Shown in pieces: positions 52,831 to 64,000 of a stretch of 64,000 nt of DNA (position 1 is its first letter; each line of letters opens with the position of its first letter). Position numbers and translations under genes: made by a program. This DNA comes from Octopus vulgaris (Eukaryota): positions 130,386,001 to 130,450,000 of the forward strand of contig OX597815.1 of NCBI GenBank assembly GCA_951406725.2, read 5' to 3'. The notes under the pieces are model-generated. The model made no database searches and had not been told where the DNA came from. It saw only the letters and a program-made list of their open reading frames with translations.

Positions 52831-55800
52831 TCTCGAACTAGAAATCTATCCTGAATGCTTGCTACAAAAAGGCCTCAAAAAAAATTTTTCGTAATTGAAA
52901 TACAAAAGTATATTATGTAGATATTTTCAAAAATATCGCTTTGTACGTCAAACGAAAAAGATCCAAATTCTTTTAAATCATCCCGTCTTAGAAAAGGTAA
53001 AATAATGTAGCCGTAGCTGAAATAGATGGAACGATCACGGTTGGAAGGCTTTTGATCAATCAAAACTAACCTAGTATTGAACAGCTGTAAATAACTACTT
53101 ATGGAAAGTAGCTCATTAAACACACGCACACACACACTAAAAGCGTTCAGTTTAAACTTACCGGTTTAATCGAGCCTAACGAAACTTCCTCCACAATTTT
53201 TTTCGTGAAGCAAAAACCATTTTTCTCTTGTATTTGGTGGTCTGTTAATTAAACGCTCTACACGACCAAACATTGGAGCCTCGTTTTGACATGGGCCATA
53301 ACATTGCCATTTGTATTTCTTGGTTTCTGAAATATTAAATTTAAGTCCCGAATTAAAAACCGTTCAAGTAATGTGAACATTATTGGTCGCACTTACATAG
53401 TGTATATATTTTAGTCAAATTTGCTGCGGTATAGCGTTCAAGGAAAGCTCCTCAACTGACGCCGAGTGTTAAAGAACACCTGAATGTCACTGACCAGCCG
53501 AGACAACGCACCTCGGAATCCCTGAAAATGATAGATATCGATATTTTGTCAATTGTAACGTATTAATACCAAGTACCCGGATAATCTCCAAACAAAGTTA
53601 ATCGCTGGTCTATGGCTTATTTGCAAAAAGACTGGAATCTATTTGCTGATGTGCCGCGGCGTAGCATGTGAAAAAATTACAAATTAGAAGCAAAGATTAA
53701 AGTTTTGTTCGAATTTACGTTAGATTTCCCCTTAAAGCAAACCTCCCGAATGAAACGATGTAGTGCGGCTGTTTAGACGCTGGCTATTTTGTACGGCGGA
53801 GTGGACACCGAATCCATTTTGGTAATGGCTTCTTTTAGTGACAGAAGCAAATACACACACGCACGTACAGAAATACAAAGAGGCAAGATGGAGAAGTGTT
53901 TGTGGTAATAGGTGTTATCTAATAAATCTTGTTTCTCCTTAATTTTTCTGCTCACAGCGTTAAAATTTAAATTAACTCGGTTCTACTTTGTCAAAAACCT
54001 GCAGAAACCCATTGTAAGAAAATTGTTTTCCACATTTCATCACTATTTCACCAGCAATCTCACATGTGGAGCAGGAAGCTAAAAGTTTAGAAGTGATTAT
54101 AAGTTAGTTGTTAACTAGAGTAGTAAGTTTTTACGGTACCATGATGTCCCGGTGACAATACATAGCAAGCAAGGCAGCGTCAAATCAGCGACGCTAAACG
54201 AGTGGTCCAAAATGGCAGTGTCAGACCTGTTCGCAGCCTGTTTTAGATTAGTACTATCGGCTTCAAAATGATAAACTACTTCGGTGAGAGTTTGAGCGTA
54301 AAACATATTGCAATAAATTTTTACAGATACTGAGTTCTGCCATGATTTCTTTGGCACGAGATCTGAAATTTGTGGGACAAGTGGGTTATCTACTCTATAT
54401 CGATCTCAGTACTTGACGGGTATTTTATCAACCTTGAAGGAACGATAGGCAAAGTTGACTTCTGAGGGATTTCAACACAACGAATCGTAATGATTAGTGC
54501 AGAGCATCTAAAACCATCACAAACAATTGCCGATTTGTCTGCCCACCTTATGTTGTAGAAAAACTTGTTATTGAACAAAAGACCAGCTTCTAATTGATTA
54601 TATTGAGTTTGCTATGCTTACTCTACGAAATATAAATTAAATATAAAAAAGTAATATTACTCTCAGGGAATTTAGGAGCCATTTTCGTTTTCTCATTTGT
54701 TGGTAATTCTGGAAAGGAAATTATTTCAAGGTAAAAATCAAAAATATCTAGCATTGAGTATCTAGAAATAATCACCTAAATAGCATCTAGAAATAAAATT
54801 TCGATTGAATGGAAAAGCAGTTTCTCTTTTTGGGAAACTTATCACTATGTCCTTTGCAACTAGTAGCGTAGTAAAAGTACTGCATGGGTAGACCTTGAGA
54901 TTGCCGCCACAGCTAGGCCCCGAACCCTGTACAGGTTTACACTGTAGATATACGAGTGTTACCCTGCATAAAAGTGTCGCCTCAGATGGTCGGTCTTCTT
55001 CACCCCTTCTATTGGTAGCTTCAGAACAGTAATCGTTCTGCAATATTGATAATGTGAGAAGCAACGTGACAAGACAATATAGAACATGACCCACCTTGCG
55101 ATCTTGTTGCTTTAAATTAACGGGGAAAATTGGCTGCAAATTGATCTCGACTCCCATTTCTTTTTTGTTTTAGATGGAGTTTCAGTATTTTTAGTAGCGT
55201 AAAAATTTCTTGTTTGGAGACAAATGTAACTATGTCAGCAGTTATAATCTTTAGGAGACAGGATTTGAATTGCACTTCATGATCTTTAGCTATAAGGATT
55301 TATTCAGGAAGAACAAGTATTATCTCAACATTTCAATAAATCGGACAGTCATTTGCAGGAAGAGATTTTGGTAAAAAAGCTCTAGTTATTGATATTTAAG
55401 TGTCAATACAGAAGAACCGTATGGGTGCCCTTGTCTGCTCGCAATAGCGTAGACAGTTCAAAGAATTAGTAAAAGCGTGAAACCTCTTTCTAAGCCATAC
55501 TTGTTCATGAGTGACAGCTGGCTCGAGACTTTATAAAATCAAAACCAGTGAGAAATATAAACAGAAGGGGCTGAGAGTCTGCGAATGAATTTGCTGAGGG
55601 CCTAGTAACAAACTGACCAATAAGACTCAAATAACGCCATGAAAAAAAAGTTTCAGACACGTTAAATTTGATTTTGTTAGAAATTGATCTTTACTTACCC
55701 TTTTTCTTAGTTTTTGCAGTCTTTGAAGAAGAATCAGCGGCTAAAAATTAAAATTTCTAATATTATAGTTATCTATAGTCTTTAGAAGATAAAACCAATA

Positions 55801-58800
55801 TAATCAATACGCTATGATCAATACAGTTGAAACGGGGTATTTAGTTTTAATTGAATCGAAGGGAATCATTTGAGGTTAGGAGAGAACTTGATAAGTATCT
55901 GTTATTGATTTGCGAACCGAAGAGAGGGGGCGGGTCTCAACATAGGAATTCGAAACCAAGCTTAAGACTAGGTGAGTTAAAGTCAACAGCAATGCACAAC
56001 CTTAATTAGAGAACAAAGGAAATGTGCACACACGAAGCTTAAGATGCAATCGAACATTCTTAATTGAAGATAGTTGCTCACAAAGAAGCGTACATACTTT
56101 ATAAAGAGAAAATTAGCACACGCCTAGCAAAAAATCGAAGGAAATACTGCTCAATGAGGTTTTTTTACTCACAGTATTTCTCATAACAGTGGGATAAGCA
56201 CTCCTAAATAGGGCTGTGAGAGTTGATAAAAAAAAAAGGAAATTGCTATGCTTAATTCGATGGTTTAAAAGTTTGAAGTTGTCCAACATCAAGGCATAGA
56301 ATTATGGAGCACGCAAACTATTGCATTTTCAAAAAAAAAAAAAAAAGAGGGGGGGCTTTGAGTACGGAGCATCAGTTCTACTCTTCATGCAGTATATTTA
56401 CATATGGCTGTGTGATAAGCTTCCTTCTCAACCACATGGTTTCATGTTCAGTCCCACTGCGTGGTATCTTGGGCAAATGTCTACTATAGCCTCTAGTCGA
56501 CCAAAGCCTTGTGAGTGGATTTGGTGGACGGAAATTGAAAGCCCGTCGTATCTGTGTATGTCCGTGTGTCCATCATCGCTTGACAACCGGTATTGGTGTG
56601 TCTAAGCCCTCGTAACTTAGCGGTTCGGCAAAAAGATCGATAAAATACGAAGCTTTCAAAAGTCCCGGGTCGATTTGTTCGACTAAAATTCAAAGCGGTG
56701 CCCCAGCATGGCTGTAGCCAAATGACTATATATATATAAAGCCTGTATACAAGATCATGAGTGATGTATGACTGGAGAATAGAAGTATCGGAATTTCAAT
56801 TAGGCTGTCACAGCTTGTGTGACATCGTAATCGCATAGCTAACCACTACAACCGTAGATGCGGTGGGAAACACTTCGTCAGATGTTGCGTCTGTATGTGT
56901 ATTCGGAACCGTGTTAGCCATCACACCTCAGGCGCAGTCAGAACTTTTCTTTAGCACCTTAGCACATACTCTCAGAACAAAGATTTAATGTAGGTTTGAC
57001 ATACAATGAAAATGAACAAAAATAATTGCTGAAGTGTGTAAAAAGTGTGAAAAATATTTTTGCTGGAAAAATATTCATTTTAGTTACTGTTACAATAACA
57101 TTTCTTTAGCTGTAATCCTGCATAACAATGAGAGAACTTCATTTAGAAAGACTTGAAACGGCTTGGATCTCATTTTCAAGTTCAGACCCCAAAATGCTGG
57201 ATTTCTGTTGTATTTCAAACTTTGGAGATAGAAAATGTTTTTATAAGTAAAATTCAAGAATTTGCCATCTTACTTCTTTGAGTGATTTTCACAATGTACA
57301 ACGCTAAGACATCAGAAGACATCAGAAGACATTCAAGAATATTTTACAGTGCATACAATCTCGACAACGTATCTTCAAACATTTCACGTTAATGAAAAAA
57401 AATTCTTCAAATAGAAATTTCGTTTTAATTAGTGCCACTGCAACATCTGTACTATTTATTATTTTCAATAATTTGACAATTAGGCAGCGAGCAGAATCGT
57501 TAACACACCAATGAAAATACTTAGCATTTCGTCGAGTTCTGAGTTCAAATTCCGCCGGGATCGACTTTGCCTTTCATTCTTTTGGGATCTCTGAGTACCA
57601 GGTAAATATTGGGTCAACGTAATCGATTTGCCCCGAAATTGCTGGCTTTGTGCCAAAATTTGAAATCAATATTTGACCAGAATGTTAGGAAAGTAAACTG
57701 ATTGTTGCTTTTAACCTTTATTAAATTCATTAAAGAAAGGAATTAAGGGAAAAAGTCTGTTGTGAGGTTTTGTGTTTTTGTTGATTGGAATAGAAAACTA
57801 GCTGCATACTCATTAAAATCGAAAGGTCATAATATTTGATTTTGTAAAATTACTCACGTTTTTTCTTCACTGATGAAACCTTAGCTGGAGCTTCAGTTTT
57901 CTTAGCTTAAAACAAAATTTTTTTAAAATGTTATTCCGTTATACTTTAAATGCATTTAAGATTTTTGGGAAACAAGATTAAGCTATCGTGACGTTTATCT
58001 TCATAGAAGCAGTTCAGGAATAACTGCATATCTTAATTTGTAAAATGGGCCATCTATAAAATTATAGAAATACGTTTAAACTTTGTCAAAAGTGGAGACG
58101 ACTAGAATTGGAAACTAGGTTTAGAATTAAGTAGCCTTTTTTTTTTTTTTTTTAAAGGAGGTATTTACTCAACAGCATTTTTGAGAGTAGGGGGAAAGCA
58201 TTTTTGATCTGGCATGTGAAAAAGATTGGAAAAATTGCCTCTGCTTGTATTTCTCGCTAGCTCGAAAAAGATTGGAGAAATTCGCAGTTGTCAACGACTA
58301 CATACTGCAATACCCTATCTCTAAAATCTAGCATTTTCTCTTGCTATTTTTATAAGTAGTTGCTCTAGTCTTAAAATACCAGTTATCGTCCATTAGTTCT
58401 TGATACAAACCTCATTTAACTTCAGAATATCTGTACTATACAGGTTGAATAAATTTAGAGAAATAATTTCACTGAATTCAAAAACATGTTCACCGTTATT
58501 GAACCTCACAGTAACGATTTTCAGTTTATTTGTCGCTTTTAACACTCTTACGGATAAATCCTTTATTAATAGAACGACAGACTTGTGAAGTCCTCACGTT
58601 CTTTTGTTTAATGGAACTCAAGTGAATAAATTCTGAAGAAGCGAAAGGTTGTAAACTAATTTACTCAAACAGTATTCATTATTTATAGTTGTTGGAACTT
58701 CATTTACCTTTTTCCTTCGCCGCTGAATTTTTAGAAGTTTCAGGCAATTTCTTTGCTAAATAAATAAAAAGAATGTTATTTGATTGAAGACATTCATTTA

Positions 58801-58844
58801 AACGACGCAAATATTTTCGAATATTTTTGTATGTTAGTTTTAAG

Positions 58845-59345
58845 AGGTCTCGCAGATGCTTTGGAATGCATCATCAGTGATGTTTCTTGTGTTTCAAAGG
58901 GAAGTGGAGGTAGGGTCTTTCAACATAATATTTACTTCGCCTAGTTGACTCACCCCGGGTTGATCAAGTTTGATGAAGTCCCAGTTTGCATCCCTGTTGC
59001 AGCAAATCACTGGTCTGCCCTTTATTCAATGTCCCCAAAAGGCTATCTTTGCAGCTTCAATAATGAAATTTATAGCCCTCTTTGTTGCATCAAAGGCTTT
59101 GCAGAATGAATGCCCCACAAAACCCTCGACAGCCCACTACTATTGCGTCGCAACCTGCCTGCAAGCCCTGGTTTCTGCACTGCTGCACCAGCTGATATAT
59201 GACAAGCTTCCTCCCCAAGTGATCATCTGTTTAGTGGAATTTGAGAATATTTCTAGTCCGGATAAAGTGTTAGTACGATACGATCTGGGAACTAACTGCT
59301 CCATGAGATCCACTCTCAGCTGTGTTTCAGCAGCCAAGATCTTTA
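58845..59345 (-). pseudogene. 3' end of HERO-like non-LTR retrotransposon
   Basis: QLRVDLMEQL...IFSNSTKQ...YQLVQQCRNQGLQAGCDAIVVGCRGF...KRAI..IIEAA, and a UTR with CTTGATCAACCCGG and CATCACTGATGATG. Matches my recollection of HERO C-termini. Confidence 0.7.
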
Positions 59346-61040
59346 GAAAGCAAGATTAACTAGTATATCATGACGTTTTTATATATCTTTATACGTATAA
59401 ACTATAAGTGACTAAGTTATGAAAAGAAAGCTATGAAAAGAGTTAATTTCAACTACGTTCATCTTCCAATTGATTTCGTTGAAAATTGATTTTCACTTTT
59501 TTGTTCACTGATGGTAATGTGGAGAGGAAATAGAAAGCGAACCGCACGACCTATAACTCTTTACAATGCTCTTAGTTTTATTGAATTAAAAATTGATTTT
59601 TACTTTTACTTTTAGTTGGTGGTGGTGATACTGATTTCGTTCGGGTCGCGGTAGCTTTCGACGCTAAAAAAGTATTTAAAATTGAATTGTGAATAAAAAG
59701 AAATTAAACTACTTAAATCGACACGTCATCTCCCTTTTTTCTCATGAAACTCACGAATATTAGCTTTATTTAAATCAACCTTATTTACTTTCCTTGTTCG
59801 TTGATGGCAAAGGAATTTGAGCTGCAGTAACAGGAGTTTCAGCCGCTAAATAGAAATTAAATATCGCCTGAAGTCTTCATTTCACGTTCGTTTTTCTATG
59901 CTAGCATGGACCGGACGAATACGTATCAAAACATTGTTTTATATCGATATTTTTATTGTCGCTAACCATTGCTCGGGTTAGAGATATTGTTACTCCATTC
60001 CACCCCTTTTCCAACGCACAAAGTTACGAAGTGATTCGTTAAGGAATATCAACAAACTCCACCGTTTTTTTTTCCTCAACGCTTCATGCTAGAAGTCTGA
60101 ATGTAAACATACATTTCTATACATAAATAGGCTTCCATACAGTTTCCGTCTACCAAATTTCACACAAGTGATTTGGCCGGTTCGAGGTTACAGTAAAAAC
60201 TTGAGACTACATTGGTAACAAAAATTCCATTTTCGCACAATCCTATGTGCTGTACATGTAAAAAAAGACCTTCAAAATCTCATCAGCATTCAAAATCTTT
60301 TGGAGAAAAGGTTACAATAACATTTCAAATTTTCCTTAAAATGTTTGGCACAAGTTATGAACAGAAAGATTGAATCTAATGCATTCAGCTTCCGTATAAA
60401 AGTGATCTCATTGGAAATTACTCTTTACATGTTCTTTTAGCTCAAGGTTAGCTCGGACAATAGATCTATGACCAAAATATTACCAGTCTGTCTTTTCAAC
60501 GCGCCCTTTTCTAAGACGGCAGGGTACAACTTGAGGGAAATTTGGCTACATTTCTAACAAGTCGACGATCAAGTGGACGTAACCTTAATAGTAAAGGCAT
60601 GAGGAATGGAAACAAACCACAGTATCGAGATTTCCAGTTCATCAAGACAAATTTTGCATTAGAATTTCAAATAAAACTATCTTTGCCTGCATTTCGCTGA
60701 GTGTAAGCAATTTAGCACGAGTTATGAATTTAGCTGGAAAAAACTTACAAAACAAAGACAAAGCAGATTGAATCTTATCCTTGATAATTAGCTTCAAGAA
60801 AATGGTCTTACATGTATTTTTCGTTAGTGATGTAGCTGGTTTATCCCGAGTTGTGGATTTAGTGGCTAAAAGAAAAGAAAAAATATTTTTGAAAATAGAT
60901 TATGAATAAAGAGAACTAAATCAATATTTCGTATCTGCTCGTTTAAATCAAATATTTACTTTTCTTGTCCAATGGTAAAGAAGTTTCAGCTTCAACGGTA
61001 CGGACTCCAGTAACTGAAAAAGAAAATAAATAACTTTTGA

Positions 61041-63894
61041 AGAGAGAAAGTGGAAGAACTTTAAAGAGAAAGTGGAAGAACTTTAAAGAGAAAGTGGAAG
61101 AACTTTAAAGAGAAAGTGGAAGAACTTTAAAGAGAGAAAGTGGAAGAACTTTAAAGAGAAAGTGGAAGAACTTTAAAGAGAAAGTGGAAGAACTTTAAAG
61201 AGAAAGTGGAAGAACTTTAAAGAGAAAGTGGAAGAACTTTAAAGAGAAAGTGGAAGAACTTTAAAGAGAAAGTGGAAGAACTTTAAAGAGAAAGTGGAAG
61301 AACTTTAAAGAGAAAGTGGAAGAACTTTAAAGAGAAAGTGGAAGAACTTTAAAGAGAAAGTGGAAGAACTTTAAAGAGAAAGTGGAAGAACTTTAAAGAG
61401 AAAGTGGAAGAACTTTAAAGAGAAAGTGGAAGAACTTTAAAGAGAAAGTGGAAGAACTTTAAAGAGAAAGTGGAAGAACTTTAAAGAGAAAGTGGAAGAA
61501 CTTTAAAGAGAAAGTGGAAGAACTTTAAAGAGAAAGTGGAAGAACTTTAAAGAGAAAGTGGAAGAACTTTAAAGAGAAAGTGGAAGAACTTTAAAGAGAA
61601 AGTGGAAGAACTTTAAAGAGAAAGTGGAAGAACTTTAAAGAGAAAGTGGAAGAACTTTAAAGAGAAAGTGGAAGAACTTTAAAGAGAAAGTGGAAGAACT
61701 TTAAAGAGAAAGTGGAAGAACCTTAAAGAGAAAGTGGAAGAACCTTAAAGAGAAAGTGGAAGAACTTTAAAGAGAAAGTGGAAGAACCTTAAAGAGAAAG
61801 TGGAAGAACCTTAAAGAGAAAGTGGAAGAACTTAAAGAGAAAGTGGAAGAACCTTAAAGAGAAAGTGGAAGAACCTTAAAGAGAAAGTGGAAGAACCTTA
61901 AAGAGAAAGTGGAAGAACCTTAAAGAGAAAGTGGAAGAACCTTAAAGAGAAAGTGGAAGAACCTTAAAGAGAAAGTGGAAGAACCTTAAAGAGAAAGTGG
62001 AAGAACCTTAAAGAGAAAGTGGAAGAACCTTAAAGAGAAAGTGGAAGAACCTTAAAGAGAAAGTGGAAGAACCTTAAAGAGAAAGTGGAAGAACCTTAAA
62101 GAGAAAGTGGAAGAACCTTAAAGAGAAAGTGGAAGAACCTTAAAGAGAAAGTGGAAGAACCTTAAAGAGAAAGTGGAAGAACCTTAAAGAGAAAGTGGAA
62201 GAACCTTAAAGAGAAAGTGGAAGAACCTTAAAGAGAAAGTGGAAGAACCTTAAAGAGAAAGTGGAAGAACCTTAAAGAGAAAGTGGAAGAACCTTAAAGA
62301 GAAAGTGGAAGAACCTTAAAGAGAAAGTGGAAGAACCTTAAAGAGAAAGTGGAAGAACCTTAAAGAGAAAGTGGAAGAACCTTAAAGAGAAAGTGGAAGA
62401 ACCTTAAAGAGAAAGTGGAAGAACCTTAAAGAGAAAGTGGAAGAACCTTAAAGAGAAAGTGGAAGAACTAAGAACTTAAAGAGAAAGTGGAAGAACTTAA
62501 AGAGAAAGTGGAAGAACTCTAAAGAGAAAGTGGAAGAACTCTAAAGAGAAAGTGGAAGAACTCTAAAGAGAAAGTGGAAGAACTCTAAAGAGAAAGTGGA
62601 AGAACTCTAAAGAGAAAGTGGAAGAACTCTAAAGAGAAAGTGGAAGAACTCTAAAGAGAAAGTGGAAGAACTCTAAAGAGAAAGTGGAAGAACTCTAAAG
62701 AGAAAGTGGAAGAACTCTAAAGAGAAAGTGGAAGAACTCTAAAGAGAAAGTGGAAGAACTCTAAAGAGAAAGTGGAAGAACTCTAAAGAGAAAGTGGAAG
62801 AACTCTAAAAGAAAGTGGAAGAACTCTAAAGAGAAAGTGGAAGAACTCTAAAGAGAAAGTGGAAGAACTCTAAAGAGAAAGTGGAAGAACTCTAAAGAGA
62901 AAGTGGAAGAACTCTAAAGAGAAAGTGGAAGAACTCTAAAGAGAAAGTGGAAGAACTCTAAAGAGAAAGTGGAAGAACTCTAAAGAGAAAGTGGAAGAAC
63001 TCTAAAGAGAAAGTGGAAGAACTCTAAAGAGAAAGTGGAAGAACTCTAAAGAGAAAGTGGAAGAACTCTAAAGAGAAAGTGGAAGAACTCTAAAGAGAAA
63101 GTGGAAGAACTCTAAAGAGAAAGTGGAAGAACTTTAAAGAGAAAGTGGAAGAACTTTAAAGAGAAAGTGGAAGAACTTTAAAGAGAAAGTGGAAGAACTT
63201 TAAAGAGAAAGTGGAAGAACTTTAAAGAGAAAGTGGAAGAACTTTAAAGAGAAAGTGGAAGAACTCTAAAGAGAAAGTGGAAGAACTCTAAAGAGAAAGT
63301 GGAAGAACTTTAAAGAGAAAGTGGAAGAACTTTAAAGAGAAAGTGGAAGAACTCTAAAGAGAAAGTGGAAGAACTCTAAAGAGAAAGTGGAAGAACTCTA
63401 AAGAGAAAGTGGAAGAACTTCTAAAGAGAAAGTGGAAGAACTCTAAAGAGAAAGTGGAAGAACTCTAAAGGAAAGAAGAAAGAAAGTGGAAGAACTCTAA
63501 AGAGAAAGTGGAAGAACTCTAAAGAGAAAGTGGAAGAACTCTAAAGAGAAGTGGAAGAACTCTAAAGAGAAAGTGGAAGAACTCTAAAGAGAAAGTGGAA
63601 GAACTTTAAAGAGAAAGTGGAAGAACTTTAAAGAGAAAGTGGAAGAATTAAAGAGAAAGTGGAAGAACTTTAAAGAGAAAGTGGAAGAACTTTAAAGAGA
63701 AAGTGGAAGAACTTTAAAGAGAAAGTGGAAGAACTTTAAAGAGAAAGTGGAAGAACTTTAAAGAGAAAGTGGAAGAACTTTAAAGAGAAAGTGGAAGAAC
63801 TTTAAAGAGAAAGTGGAAGAACTTTAAAGAGAAAGTGGAAGAACTTTAAAGAGAAAGTGGAAGAATTTTAAAGAGAAAGTGGAAGAATTTTAAA
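61041..63894. repeat. 22-bp tandem satellite, about 130 copies
   Basis: Unit AAAGAGAAAGTGGAAGAAC(TTT/CTT/TCT). Confidence 0.98.
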
Positions 63895-64000
63895 TGAGTC
63901 AAACAGAAAATAAATTTATAATTCTATGGTGCTAATTGTTTTCTGAGGCTCAAAGAGAGGGCTGGGTCCATTACCTTTGTAAGCTCTCCTAAAACCTATG

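Noticed and set aside
58970-59359. 129-aa plus-strand ORF
   Set aside because: Antisense to the HERO-like relic.

Overview
AT-rich eukaryotic DNA dense in microsatellites and SINEs. The repeat families look like octopus/coleoid cephalopod DNA (inference). There is one clear protein-coding gene: an ankyrin-repeat + SOCS-box protein encoded almost entirely by one 1.8-kb exon (41996-43823, +), with a candidate first coding exon at 31269-31294. The rest is tRNA-derived SINEs, 3' ends of an RTE-clade LINE whose 3' UTR carries expandable hairpin minisatellites, relics of R4/Dong-like and HERO-like retrotransposons, several MITE types, and a 2.85-kb 22-bp satellite. The most striking unannotated signal is a set of short non-coding fold-back elements, mostly inside (TA)n tracts. 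At least seven loci carry minimal type I hammerhead-ribozyme motifs of the Penelope-like-element type, with one fully canonical copy at 16331-16446 (-). One element fuses a tRNA-derived Pol III head to a hammerhead-bearing tail (47901-48180). Almost all short ORFs in the supplied track are microsatellite or repeat artefacts.
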